From positions 116,481 to 180,480 of the forward strand of contig CAJTKX010000005.1 in the NCBI GenBank assembly GCA_910577055.1: a stretch of DNA of 64,000 bases, read 5' to 3'. Origin of the DNA: an uncultured Christensenella sp. Its GTDB lineage: Bacteria; Bacillota; Clostridia; Christensenellales; Borkfalkiaceae. The translations under genes and the position numbers were made by a program. A model generated the notes under the pieces. The model ran no database searches. It was given only the letters and a program-made list of their open reading frames with translations, and had not been told where the DNA came from. Below are positions 26,301 to 39,572 of this stretch, piece after piece. Position 1 is the stretch's first letter. Each line of letters begins with the position of its first letter.

Positions 26301-27351
26301 CCCCGGCGTATCCAAACTCGTACGCGTATATATCGCGCAAAAGCGTAAAATACAAGTCGGCGACAAAATGGCGGGACGTCACGGCAACAAGGGCGTTATC
26401 TCCCGCGTGCTTCCCCAAGCCGATATGCCTTTCCTTGCGGACGGCACGCCCCTTCAAATCGTGTTGAACCCCCTTGGCGTTCCTTCGCGTATGAACATAG
26501 GTCAGGTCCTCGAAGTGCACCTCGGTCTTGTCTGCAAGCAGTTGGGTTGGAAAATCGCAACCCCCGTATTCGACGGCGCGACCGAGCAAGACATTAAAAA
26601 CTTATTCCAAGAAAACAACTTACTCAACCCCGAAGGCAAAGTAGACGGTAAAATTCAAGTCTACGACGGCAGAACGGGCGAGCCTTTCGAAAACCGCGTA
26701 ACCGTCGGCGTACAGTATATGATTAAGCTTATTCACCTTGTCGACGATAAGATTCACGCGCGTTCGATTGGTCCTTACAGCTTAGTTACTCAGCAGCCCC
26801 TCGGCGGTAAAGCTCAGTTCGGCGGACAGCGTTTCGGCGAAATGGAAGTTTGGGCGCTCGAAGCTTACGGCGCGGCTCACATTTTGCAAGAGATATTAAC
26901 CGTCAAGTCGGACGATATCGTCGGACGTGTAAAAACCTACGAAAGTATCGTCAAGGGCAACAACATTTCCGAGCCGGGTATTCCCGAAGCGTTCAAAGTC
27001 CTTTTGAAGGAGTTGCAGTCTTTGGCGCTCGATATTAAAGTGCTCACCGAAAACGGAGAAGAACTTATTATCCGTGAGCTTGACGACGACGATGACGTTA
27101 TCCCCACGGCAAGGGCGCGCGAAGCACAAGAAGCCGAAGACAAAATTCCCGAAACCGAGTTTGATATTATCGGAGGCGGCGCGGAAGAGGAAGACCTTGA
27201 CGAGCCTATTTCGATATTTGACAACGACGAGGACGATTTCACTTCCAAGGAGCTTTTTGACAGCGACGATATGGACGACTTCGGCGACGACGATGACCTC
27301 GGCGACAAGTTCACCCTCTTTGACGAGGACGACGACAAGGACGAGGAGTAA
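23314..27351 (+). CDS. rpoB: DNA-directed RNA polymerase subunit beta, with ~90-aa poly-acidic C-terminal extension
   Basis: Signatures span the full length (…[15 protein letters not shown]…). The tail is [10 protein letters not shown]…DEDDDKDEE. Confidence 0.97.
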   Translation: MNLPIHKYGKTERRKFGKINEVIDVPDLVEIQRSSYDAFMNEGIAEVFEDFMPITDYSDHYELYFLEHWFDEKPKYDEKECRNRDATYALPMHVKVRLVNKVKDEVIDQPVFMGEFPLMTDSGSFIINGAERVIVSQLVRSPGSYNASTRDKTGKEIFGTTVIPNRGAWLEFEQDAQGVLWVHVDRKRKICATVLLRALGFGSDRALLDLFANDKMIENTIAKDTTKSESDGLIELYRRLRPGEVPTEASVRQHLNNLFFDPRRYDVVKVGRYKFNKKLNLSYRLIGCKLAEDVISPETGEILGHAGEVVSEAKAIEMQDSGVNEVFVLVSDHAQGEIKHKIIANNTVNFSALSDKGHKLFGLLPTVYYPNFKFMQKIAAECEGAKVEEVAEKFRDEINAIYYTAETPETADEKPEDKKNREKRRETRIRFVAGCQKFNELFNDPNLTEISAEDKKTIKPVVEKLNHKHITVDDIVAAISSNIDLQYGIGTIDNIDHLGNRRVRSVGELLQNQLRIGIARLEKLIKERMATQDAMEVTPSGLVNVRPVTAVIREFFGSSQLSQFMDQTNPAAELTHKRKLSALGPGGLNRDRATFEVRDVHHSHYGRLCPIETPEGQNIGLISSLATFSKVNEYGFIMSPYRKVEHTYDKEGKVIDTWVTDHVDYLTADEEDRYIVAQANEPLDITNRFQNDHIGCRHRDLITQYTADKMDYMDVSPKQLVSVATALIPFLENDDTNRALMGSNMQRQAVPLMKTESAIVATGIEAAIARDSGVMVRAKNAGVAVGVSSDCIKIQEENGLIAEYPLKKFARSNQGTCLNQRPIVNTGDKVEAGEIIADGPATNNGELALGKNILIGYMEWEGYNYEDAILISEKLVQDDVFTSIHIEEHETEARDTKLGAEEITRDIPNVSEDALKDLDADGIIRVGAEVQPGDILVGKVTPKGETELTPEERLLRAIFGEKSREVRDTSLKVPHGEGGIVVDVKIFTRENKDELSPGVSKLVRVYIAQKRKIQVGDKMAGRHGNKGVISRVLPQADMPFLADGTPLQIVLNPLGVPSRMNIGQVLEVHLGLVCKQLGWKIATPVFDGATEQDIKNLFQENNLLNPEGKVDGKIQVYDGRTGEPFENRVTVGVQYMIKLIHLVDDKIHARSIGPYSLVTQQPLGGKAQFGGQRFGEMEVWALEAYGAAHILQEILTVKSDDIVGRVKTYESIVKGNNISEPGIPEAFKVLLKELQSLALDIKVLTENGEELIIRELDDDDDVIPTARAREAQEAEDKIPETEFDIIGGGAEEEDLDEPISIFDNDEDDFTSKELFDSDDMDDFGDDDDLGDKFTLFDEDDDKDEE

Positions 27352-27363
27352 GGGAGGTCAAAA

Positions 27364-31041
<3,678 letters not shown>

Positions 31042-31087
31042 CTCTAAATAAAAGCGCGGTCGGCAACCGTAATCCCAATAAGGTTTA

Positions 31088-31125
31088 TTAAAAGTAAAAA
31101 CCGAGAGAAGTTATTTATTCTCTTG
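31088..31125. terminator. bidirectional terminator (rpoC / ABC exporter)
   Basis: The stem aaccgagagaa...ttctcttggtt has T/A runs on both sides. Confidence 0.65.
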
Positions 31126-31151
31126 GTTTATGCTTTATTATTCAGTTTTGC

Positions 31152-32915
31152 TTAGTCCATTGATTGCAGCGCAAGCATTTTTGCGTAAACGCCGTTTTTA
31201 TTTTTAAGTTCTTCGGGCGTTCCTTGTTCGGCAACTTTACCGCCTTGCAAAACGACGATTTTCTCCGCCCCGTCAACCGTTCTCATTCGGTGAGCTATTA
31301 TAAGTACGGTTTTATCCTTAACAAGAGCTGACAGCGCGGTTTGGACTTCGGTTTCGTTTTCCGCGTCGAGTGATGCTGTTGCCTCGTCCATTATAACGAT
31401 AGGCGCGTCTTTAAGCATAGCGCGCGCTATTGAAATTCTCTGTCTTTCGCCGCCGGACAGTATAGAGCCGTTTTCGCCGATAACGGTATTGTAACCTTCG
31501 GGAAGTTTGCTTACAAAATCGTCGCACTGTGCTTTTTTAGCCACACTTAAAACTTCTTCGTCGGTTGCGCCTTTTTTACCGATACGGATATTTTCCATTA
31601 CGGTATTGTTGAATAGTGTTACGTCTTGAAACACTATGGAATAGGCTTTCAGCAATATTTCGGGTTCCACTGTTTTAACGTCGATGCCGCCGACGGATAC
31701 CGACCCTTTATTAACGTCCCAGAATCTTGCCGCAAGCTTGGCTGCCGTAGATTTACCGCCGCCGCTTTCGCCGATAAGCGCAGTAACTTCACTTTGTTTA
31801 GCCGTAAACGATACTCCGTCCAAAACCGTTTCGCCCGTATTATAGGCAAAGCTAACGTTATTGAACTCTACGTCATAACCTTTGGGACTAAATTCGGTAC
31901 CGCCGCCAAGCTCTTTTGTGTTTTCCATTTCATTGATACGGTTGATATTGACTTGCAAAGCATTCATAGCCGCAAGATTTTGCAACGTGCCCGTCAATGG
32001 CTCGTATATACGCGATACTACAAGCAAGAACATAAAGAATGTAATAAGCGGGAGTGTACCGTTCATAAGAAGCATACCGCCCACAAGCGCAACGGTTGCT
32101 ATACCGAGCTTTAATATCATAGAACACGGCACAACAAACATTGCCGAACCGAGTTCGCTCTTAATGTGCCTACCCTCTAAGTATTCTATTTTTTTATTCA
32201 AGCCTTGCAAGTATTTTTTTTCTGCGTTATTGGATTTTAAATCACGGATTGTTTCCAGACACTCTTGTATCCCGTCTTCTACGTCAACTTGCGCTTTTGT
32301 TTGTTTACCCGTGAAATAAACCTGAGCTTTTTTCGATAAAGCAACTATAACGAGCGTTACGGGCAACACCCAAAGTGCGGCAAGCGCCATACGCCAATCA
32401 AATACGAACATACCGATTGCTATTATACAAGTAGAGATTATCGAACCCCAAAATTGCGGAACGTAATGCGACATCATCTGTTCGGCGGTCGCACAGTCTC
32501 CCATAACGGTATTTGTTAAATCTGCCAAGTCTTTTTGTCCGAAGAAAGATAAGGGAAGTTTTCTCAATTTTTCCGCAAGACGAATACGGCAAACGCCGGA
32601 CTCTTTATAAGTTGTAAAGTAGGTCGCATTGTATTTCCACCAAGCCGTAAGCAAAATAAGAAGAAGTGCGGCGAATGTCCCGAATCCGAATATATAATAA
32701 TGGCTTATAGGGAGTGTGCCGTTCAATAAATCACTCACAAGATAATACAAAAGGCATACGGGCAGCATAAAGGCAAGGTCTTGAACAACGCAAGCGACAA
32801 CTGCTTTGATAAATCCTTTCGCGCCTTCGTGTGAAAGCGCAAATTTCTTCATAATTGCTTTTATCATTTTACACCTCCGACTTTCCAACCGATAGACGTT
32901 TGATAGTCTTTCCAC
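31152..32915 (-). CDS. ABC transporter permease/ATP-binding protein (type I exporter half-transporter)
   Basis: There are 6 TM helices plus an NBD with GESGGGKST, LSGGERQR and IMDEATASLD. It overlaps the upstream paralogue, giving a heterodimer. Confidence 0.85.
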   Translation of the reverse strand: MERLSNVYRLESRRCKMIKAIMKKFALSHEGAKGFIKAVVACVVQDLAFMLPVCLLYYLVSDLLNGTLPISHYYIFGFGTFAALLLILLTAWWKYNATYFTTYKESGVCRIRLAEKLRKLPLSFFGQKDLADLTNTVMGDCATAEQMMSHYVPQFWGSIISTCIIAIGMFVFDWRMALAALWVLPVTLVIVALSKKAQVYFTGKQTKAQVDVEDGIQECLETIRDLKSNNAEKKYLQGLNKKIEYLEGRHIKSELGSAMFVVPCSMILKLGIATVALVGGMLLMNGTLPLITFFMFLLVVSRIYEPLTGTLQNLAAMNALQVNINRINEMENTKELGGGTEFSPKGYDVEFNNVSFAYNTGETVLDGVSFTAKQSEVTALIGESGGGKSTAAKLAARFWDVNKGSVSVGGIDVKTVEPEILLKAYSIVFQDVTLFNNTVMENIRIGKKGATDEEVLSVAKKAQCDDFVSKLPEGYNTVIGENGSILSGGERQRISIARAMLKDAPIVIMDEATASLDAENETEVQTALSALVKDKTVLIIAHRMRTVDGAEKIVVLQGGKVAEQGTPEELKNKNGVYAKMLALQSMD

Positions 32916-34642
32916 ATTTTAGAATAGAGCGAACCGCTTTTAACAAGTTGTTCGTGCGTGCCGGCGTCCTCGATTGTTCCGTCTTTAAGAATAAAAATTT
33001 TATCCGCGTTTTTAACGGTAGTCAATCTATGTGCTATCATAATTACCGTTTTATCTTTGCTAAGTTCCGCAAATGCCCTTTGCACAAGGGTTTCGTTTTC
33101 GGGGTCGGCAAATGCCGTTGCTTCGTCCAAAACAATTATGGGTGAGTTTTTAAGCATAACACGGGCTATGGCTATTCGTTGCTGTTCGCCGCCCGAAAGA
33201 TATACGCCCTTTGTGCCGATTACCGTGTTTATACCGTCGGGTAATTTTCCAATAATATCATCGCACTGTGCTTTATGCAGAGCATTCAGCACTTCTATCT
33301 CGCTTGCGCGTGGATTAGCAAGTCGTACATTCTCTAAAACGGACGCTTTTATCAGCTTGCTGTCTTGAAAAACATAAGAAACGGTTTTCATAAGTTCTTC
33401 GTGAGGGATATCTTTTACGTTTACTCCGCCTATTTTTATCGTACCATTGCGCACGTCCCAAAACCGTGATACAAGCCCCGCAACCGTGGTTTTTCCGCCG
33501 CCGCTCGGACCTACCAACGCAACAGTCTGTCCGGCGTCTACTTTGAACGTCAAGTTTTTTAGCGCGTCTGTCTGTGCATTAGAATAACGGAATGATACAT
33601 TATCGAACTCTACGGAATTATCTTCGGGAATTTCTCCGTTTACCTCTTCGGGTAGCGGCTTCAAATCAAGAATAGAGTGAATACGCTCTATTGCGTCGGC
33701 AACTATCATACCGTTTTCACTCATATACATTACTTTTGTAAGCGAAGTAGTTATTATCGGTGTGAATATTACATAGAAAATAAAGTTTAACAGTATACCT
33801 TGCGTTATTGCTTCGCCGCCGGCAAGTATAAGCGCAAGCGCAATCAAAAAAGCGAACACGCTATTTATAAGCGTTGTAAACCATAACATCGGTCCGCGAC
33901 ATTTTTTACAGTACGATACGCAGAATTTATAATAGTTGTCTATCGAGCCTTGAAACTTTTTAAAAGAGTGAACCGTCTGACCGAAAGTTTTGACAACGGG
34001 AACGCCGCGAACATATTCGACTGCCTGATTATTCATTTCTTCGAGTGCGCTGTTATATTTCTTCATATCCTCCGCCATAGCCGGTCCCGCCATTTTGAAC
34101 ATACACAAGAACCCCAAAACCACGGGCACAAGGCTGACAAGACCGAAACGCCAATCAAACAGAAAAAGCATAACTATAAGTCCTACGGGCGTTGCAACCG
34201 CGCCGGCCATATCGGGAAGTTGATGTGCTAGATATGTTTCGGTTGCACGGCTACTTTCGTTTACGATACGCCGCACTTTTCCGCTGCCAGCTTCGCCGAT
34301 AAAGCCGAGCGGAAGTTCGGAAATATGCTTCATTGTCTTTTTGCGTATATTGCCGGCTATTCTGAAAGCCGACAAATGCGAACACATAAGCGCGGCGAAA
34401 TAAACGACGATAGATGCAATCGCAAAGGCGACAGCCATCCAACCGTTAAACACTATATGTGTTGCTTCGGAATAGTTAGGCGCAATTTCTATAACTTCCT
34501 TAACGATAAAGAAGATATAGACAAACGGAACAAGAGCAAGAGCAGCGCTTATAACCGACAGCGCCCAAGAAGAGTAGGTCAGATATTTATGCTTCCCCGC
34601 AAATTGCATAAGTTCTGTAAGATTGCCTTTTTTCTTTTTCAT
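32864..34642 (-). CDS. ABC transporter permease/ATP-binding protein (heterodimer partner)
   Basis: [27 protein letters not shown]. Confidence 0.85.
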   Translation of the reverse strand: MKKKKGNLTELMQFAGKHKYLTYSSWALSVISAALALVPFVYIFFIVKEVIEIAPNYSEATHIVFNGWMAVAFAIASIVVYFAALMCSHLSAFRIAGNIRKKTMKHISELPLGFIGEAGSGKVRRIVNESSRATETYLAHQLPDMAGAVATPVGLIVMLFLFDWRFGLVSLVPVVLGFLCMFKMAGPAMAEDMKKYNSALEEMNNQAVEYVRGVPVVKTFGQTVHSFKKFQGSIDNYYKFCVSYCKKCRGPMLWFTTLINSVFAFLIALALILAGGEAITQGILLNFIFYVIFTPIITTSLTKVMYMSENGMIVADAIERIHSILDLKPLPEEVNGEIPEDNSVEFDNVSFRYSNAQTDALKNLTFKVDAGQTVALVGPSGGGKTTVAGLVSRFWDVRNGTIKIGGVNVKDIPHEELMKTVSYVFQDSKLIKASVLENVRLANPRASEIEVLNALHKAQCDDIIGKLPDGINTVIGTKGVYLSGGEQQRIAIARVMLKNSPIIVLDEATAFADPENETLVQRAFAELSKDKTVIMIAHRLTTVKNADKIFILKDGTIEDAGTHEQLVKSGSLYSKMWKDYQTSIGWKVGGVK

Positions 34643-34803
34643 AAAGCATTACCTCCCGTTAAAATTATGTATATCATAAAAACCTCCTATAAAATTTTAA
34701 CTATGGTTAAGTTTTTGAATAATTTTTTTACGGCAAATACTTGCCGTAAGGGTGTTATAATCGACTAACTCATATCTGTCAAAAGGAAAATTCTATTTAT
34801 AAA

Positions 34804-35448
34804 TTATTTGGTTGAACGCTGCCAATCGGAAGGTAAGCCTAAAAGTCTATCCCAACCGGCGTTAAAAAAGTCTTGCACTTGTTTTATATAACCTTTGGCT
34901 TCTTCTCTCGGTAAGTCATGAGCAACCACCTCGAAAACTCCGTTAAACATAGCGCTTGATAGCATATGGCTTAAATCTGCGCGAACTTCGTTAATTTTTA
35001 TGCCCGCGTTATTCAGCGTATTTATGAACCGTACAGTATTCGCCGTTTCGATATCTATCATTTTGTCAACGTAATATTCATATCCGCTGCCGGAACTTTT
35101 ACAAACAATTAATTTGAAAGCGTCGAAATTATCATAAATTATATCGACCATTTCATCAACTTTTGCTTCTACATAAGAGTGCATTTCTCTGTATTGCCGA
35201 GCGGGCGACAAATCTGCAAAATCATCTTCCGAGTTGGAAAAGTAATTAAAAAGTTTATTTGCCGCTTCTTCAACCAATTCTCTGAACAATTCACTTTTAT
35301 CGGCAAATCTACCGTAAACCATACCGGTGGTGTAACCGGCGCGCTCGGCGATAGTTCGCATTGACGCGCCCTCGAAACCTTTTTCCAAAAATTCTTCTCT
35401 TGCGCATTCCAATATTTTATCTATGGCAAACTCATTTTTCTTACGCAT
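34804..35448 (-). CDS. TetR/AcrR family transcriptional regulator
   Basis: An N-terminal HTH (GFEGASMRTIAERAGYTTGMVYGRF) lies upstream of the ABC pair. Confidence 0.8.
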   Translation of the reverse strand: MRKKNEFAIDKILECAREEFLEKGFEGASMRTIAERAGYTTGMVYGRFADKSELFRELVEEAANKLFNYFSNSEDDFADLSPARQYREMHSYVEAKVDEMVDIIYDNFDAFKLIVCKSSGSGYEYYVDKMIDIETANTVRFINTLNNAGIKINEVRADLSHMLSSAMFNGVFEVVAHDLPREEAKGYIKQVQDFFNAGWDRLLGLPSDWQRSTK

Positions 35449-35649
35449 AGCAACGCTCCATATTTAATAACATGGTTATTATAACACTGTTATTTTATAT
35501 TGTCAAAGATTTTGTTATAAAAAACAAAATTCAGTAAATTTTTTTATCGTATGAAAGTGTAACGTTGAAAATTTATGTTATTTATTCCATATAGGAACTG
35601 ACTGCAACTGTCAGAGTTTTTTATGTCAATCCACTTTTAATGCATATAA

Positions 35650-35682
35650 AAACCGCCCCGCGCATATGCGCGGGGCGGCATA
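35650..35682 (-). terminator. rho-independent terminator of DUF368 gene
   Basis: On the minus strand the stem ccgccccgcgcatatgcgcggggcgg is followed by a T-run. Confidence 0.7.
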
Positions 35683-35688
35683 TTAATT

Positions 35689-36570
35689 TCAATTGATATC
35701 GGTTTTCTTGCAACTGTGCGCCTCAGCATATGCGGTCAAAGCGAAACTTGCAATCACGCCCGCAAGGCACAAAATCGCGCCAATCGCTATTTGTACTCCG
35801 TCAATGGGGGCGGTGGTAAATTCCTCGGTTAAAAATATTGCGGGTATAGACCCGAACACAAACCCGAGTATCGCCCATCCCGTGCCGCGCGGAAACTTCT
35901 TCATCAAAAACTTCATCAACTTCGCAATCGTAAAAAAGCCCACAATAAGCCCTACGGCAAACAGTGCAAGCACCAAAAGGGAGTGCCCAAAGCTCGTCAA
36001 CAGTGCGGAAACGGTGTCCAACACGGGTTGATAATACCCGAAAATCAAAAGCAGCAACGACCCGCTCACGCCGGGCACAACCAACGCGCAAGAAGCAACC
36101 GCGCCAATCAAAATCAGCACAAAATACCCCCAAACGGGCATATCCGCGCCCAAATTCGCTTGCCCCAACGCCGGTATAAAGCAAATTCCGACAACAAACG
36201 CAAACGGCAGCACAACGGCGATAATATCCGTCCATTTAAAGCCTTTTTTGTAAGTATCCTTAAAAAGTTTTGGGCAAGAGCCGACCATCAGCCCCGCAAA
36301 CAACAATATTGTGGGCATCGGCGCGTATTCAATCGCGTACTTTAATGGGAAAAACATCGCCGCAATTCCCACCAATGCCCCCAAAACTATGGGTAAAAGA
36401 TAGAAAAAGCTTTTCTTAAAGTCTTTCCTTAAATCGCTAATTGCGCCAATCAGCTTGTCGTAAACGTTAAAAAGAACGGCAATCGTTCCCCCGCTTACGC
36501 CGGGAATAATCATAGCTATTCCGATTCCCGCGCCCAAGCCCGCGTTTTTGAAAAATTCTTTAACTTTCAT
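35689..36570 (-). CDS. DUF368-family membrane protein (putative undecaprenyl-phosphate translocase, PopT-like)
   Basis: The duplicated motifs are IPGVSGGT / VPGVSGS. There are ~8 TM helices. Confidence 0.7.
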   Translation of the reverse strand: MKVKEFFKNAGLGAGIGIAMIIPGVSGGTIAVLFNVYDKLIGAISDLRKDFKKSFFYLLPIVLGALVGIAAMFFPLKYAIEYAPMPTILLFAGLMVGSCPKLFKDTYKKGFKWTDIIAVVLPFAFVVGICFIPALGQANLGADMPVWGYFVLILIGAVASCALVVPGVSGSLLLLIFGYYQPVLDTVSALLTSFGHSLLVLALFAVGLIVGFFTIAKLMKFLMKKFPRGTGWAILGFVFGSIPAIFLTEEFTTAPIDGVQIAIGAILCLAGVIASFALTAYAEAHSCKKTDIN

Positions 36571-36602
36571 AGATATATCTTACTCAAACTTTACGCCGAA
36601 TA

Positions 36603-36962
36603 TTATTTAAGATTTTTAATCGCAAAAACAAATGCCGCAACTCCAATCGCCGCAAAAACTACTCCGAAGCCAAGCGGAATAAATACCGTCCCGTGTTGAA
36701 TAAATGTCTCTTTTGGGTTGTTCGGGTCGTATTTTACGGTAAAAGTCTGTCCCTCGTAACGGCTCGCATTCGCCGATTTTATGCTTGAACTCTTCTTTTC
36801 GTATCTCACGCCGTCAACGTAGTATTCGTATGTTTCTTGCGCCAACAATTCGTTTTCGCCCGCCCACACGTCAACGTGTATTACGGTCGCCGTGGTTGAA
36901 ACCTTATCTGCATTGTCGGAAACAGTCGCAATAAAAAGATACGTCAGTCCGCACCCGACCAA
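36603..36962 (-). CDS. hypothetical membrane protein (DUF3592-like: TM / beta-domain / TM)
   Basis: The 119-aa ORF has hydrophobic termini around a central soluble segment. Confidence 0.35.
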   Translation of the reverse strand: MVGCGLTYLFIATVSDNADKVSTTATVIHVDVWAGENELLAQETYEYYVDGVRYEKKSSSIKSANASRYEGQTFTVKYDPNNPKETFIQHGTVFIPLGFGVVFAAIGVAAFVFAIKNLK

Positions 36963-37018
36963 AAAGAATACGACCGACGCTTAAAAATAATTATACCCGA
37001 CTTAATCGGTCGGGTCAA

Positions 37019-37960
37019 CTAAATATAATCGTTTACGTCTATCCCCGCAAGCGCAATTCTCTCGTCGCACTCACGGTAATACTTTTTATACAGTCTGTAA
37101 ATTCCCTTTGCATAATTTGGAACAAAGGGGAAAGGAATGTTTTCGTCCCGCGCAAGCTCGTCTACGCGGTAGCTGCCGTTAACTTTCCACAGTCCGAACA
37201 CGCCCACGCTTATCGCGTCGGCGGGGCAGCCGAACGAACACCCCATACAAAGCACGCACTCGTGCCCGAATTTAAACTTTCCGTCCGCATAAGTGATGTT
37301 ATTCTGCGGGCATATGTTTACGCAACGGTTGCAGTTTATGCACTTATCGGCGTGAACTTTAAATGCCGGTCCGTGCAAATGTGCGAATTTCTGCTCCAAA
37401 AACCTAACGGGCGCAACCCACATCGATAAAAGCGGACTGCGTTTCACTTTTTCGCGCTTTCCGTCCAACAGCTCGCGGCAGTGCATATCAACTATGGCGT
37501 GTGCGTAAATCCACATTTGTTTCGCCATTTCGTCCTTATGGCGGTAAATCATATTATACGGCATAACAATGTGCCGCTCCGCAACAACGTCGTAGCCCTT
37601 TTTCGTCAAAATTTTAAGGCACTTTTGCGACGAGCAGTCGTTCAAATGCAGCCCCTCGCCCGAAGTTTTAAAAAAGAAAGTCCGTTTGTTTTCAACATTC
37701 GGCAAAGCTTTGCACAGCTCTATTGCCGGCTCGGGTGCGGAAAACCCGTGTATGGGATATCCTATTCCCACCAAATCGTAACCGTCGGGGGAGGGTATTT
37801 CGCCGTTTTTTTTGGAAACGCGGTAGATATCTACCGCCACGGACGCTCCCTTATCGGGCGCGTCCGTGGCGTCGTTTGCGTTTTCCAAATATTTTTTATA
37901 TAGGGAGGCAACCTTTAAAGTATTGCCCGTTCCCGAAAATACATATAAAATCGCTCTCAT
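37019..37960 (-). CDS. EFR1-family ferrodoxin (flavodoxin-like domain + 2x[4Fe-4S] ferredoxin)
   Basis: It has YVFSGTGNT and the motifs CINCNRCVNICP and CVLCMGCSFGCP. Confidence 0.75.
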   Translation of the reverse strand: MRAILYVFSGTGNTLKVASLYKKYLENANDATDAPDKGASVAVDIYRVSKKNGEIPSPDGYDLVGIGYPIHGFSAPEPAIELCKALPNVENKRTFFFKTSGEGLHLNDCSSQKCLKILTKKGYDVVAERHIVMPYNMIYRHKDEMAKQMWIYAHAIVDMHCRELLDGKREKVKRSPLLSMWVAPVRFLEQKFAHLHGPAFKVHADKCINCNRCVNICPQNNITYADGKFKFGHECVLCMGCSFGCPADAISVGVFGLWKVNGSYRVDELARDENIPFPFVPNYAKGIYRLYKKYYRECDERIALAGIDVNDYI

Positions 37961-39525
37961 TTTTTAATAAAATCTTCTTCGTGGTCGGAAAGCGGATAAA
38001 TATTATCCGTTTCATTCTCCTCGTGTGAATCGAAATATACTTGCCCGTAGAACGGTATATCTGCAATTTCGCCGTAGCGCCAAGGCTTCGGCTCACAGCA
38101 ATGGCACCAATACCCGCCCTTTAAAACGGTGTACGGGGTCATGGCAAATTTGTGCCCGTCACGGCACTCCCATAAAACTTTATCGTGAGGGTTTCCGTTA
38201 TACTCGGTCGAAAGGCACTTTCCGCCGCGGAACTCGGCAGCGTCTTGCAAATCTTTCAACGTCCAACGTCTTTCTGACTTGCTGTCGTCATAGCCGTGTT
38301 GTAAAAGCAACGGTTTTGCGTTTTTAATATTTTTAAGCGCATCGTAATCTACGCTTGTGCCGTCTTCGAGCTTTCCCTCGCATAATAGGGGGAATTCCTC
38401 CCATTTCGCGGGTAAACTTTTGTACTTTTCGCGCCCGCCGAAGAAAGCGCGCACGCGCCCTTCCTTGCCGTGTCTAAGCCAATACATTGGCGCGTTCGTA
38501 TTCTTAAACAGCCGCTTTATCGCAAACGTCGAAATAAGGGAAGAGGGCACAATCTTCGCAAGTTTAAAATAGCTGTACTTTTTGCCCATTCTCTGCCAAA
38601 ATATTTCATTCGTTTCCGTGCGGTAGTTTAAAATCTTTTCCAAGTCGTCGCTGTCATAGAACCAACCGCCGTGGAAATTCCTCGTAATATTCCAATTAGG
38701 CTTAAAAATTTTCTTTGCGCTTTTTCCCGTCATTTGGAAGCATCTTTCAATGGTTTCAAAGCCCGTCGTGCGGCACTCGCTGCCGCCGCCTATATTGTAT
38801 ATCTTGTTCCAAAATCCGTCAAGCTCTCCGGCGGTATCCTTTTCAACAATTTTTTTGCACAGTATGCCGCTGTCAACGTCTGTCACCCATTCAAGCGCGC
38901 CGTTCCATACCGTATGGAACATAAGTCCGTCCTTCATATTGTTTTTCAACATATATTTATGAAGAACCGCTGTTTGGCGCAAAGATATAAAACGCGTCAA
39001 GCCGCTCTCTAAAACATACTTTTCCGCTTTTATTTTATGCATCGAGTAAACGTCATAGTCGCTTGAAATCACGGGGTCGCCCACGCGTATCCAAAGGTGG
39101 GGGTAGGCGCGGTGCCCGTACATCGCCACCGTCGCTATATGAATATAAGCAATCTCGCTTTCTCTGCCGCTTGAAAGTATTGCGTCAACTATGTTTTTTG
39201 TGCCTATATAGTTGCTTTTGTAAGTGCCCATAGGGTCGTGGTCGGACTTGGGCGGAATAAGAGAGGCGCAGTTAATAACATAGTCCGCGCCGTCTATAAG
39301 GTGCGCGCAATCGTCATAACGCGCAATATTTCCCTTAAATGCGTAAACTCGGTCGCCGTACTTCTTTATTATTTTTTTTACAAAGGAGGGTATGGTTTTT
39401 TCTTCCTCGAATAAAATGCACCTTACTTTAAAGTTCTTATCCGACTGCAAAAGGCTTAAAAGCACTTCGCCGCCCATTGCGCCGGAAGTTCCCGTCAAAG
39501 CAATAACTTTACTCATTTTGTTCAC
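37957..39525 (-). CDS. NAD(P)-binding Rossmann (epimerase/dehydratase-like SDR) protein with Cys/His-rich C-terminal domain
   Basis: The N-terminus is LTGTSGAMGGEVL. The C-terminus has ...WECRDGHKF...WCHCCEP. Its start overlaps the stop of the ferrodoxin gene (ATGA). Confidence 0.55.
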   Translation of the reverse strand: MNKMSKVIALTGTSGAMGGEVLLSLLQSDKNFKVRCILFEEEKTIPSFVKKIIKKYGDRVYAFKGNIARYDDCAHLIDGADYVINCASLIPPKSDHDPMGTYKSNYIGTKNIVDAILSSGRESEIAYIHIATVAMYGHRAYPHLWIRVGDPVISSDYDVYSMHKIKAEKYVLESGLTRFISLRQTAVLHKYMLKNNMKDGLMFHTVWNGALEWVTDVDSGILCKKIVEKDTAGELDGFWNKIYNIGGGSECRTTGFETIERCFQMTGKSAKKIFKPNWNITRNFHGGWFYDSDDLEKILNYRTETNEIFWQRMGKKYSYFKLAKIVPSSLISTFAIKRLFKNTNAPMYWLRHGKEGRVRAFFGGREKYKSLPAKWEEFPLLCEGKLEDGTSVDYDALKNIKNAKPLLLQHGYDDSKSERRWTLKDLQDAAEFRGGKCLSTEYNGNPHDKVLWECRDGHKFAMTPYTVLKGGYWCHCCEPKPWRYGEIADIPFYGQVYFDSHEENETDNIYPLSDHEEDFIKK

Positions 39526-39572
39526 CCGTATATATTTTTTCCGTGGTTCAAATTTTATTAATTCGGTAAGGT

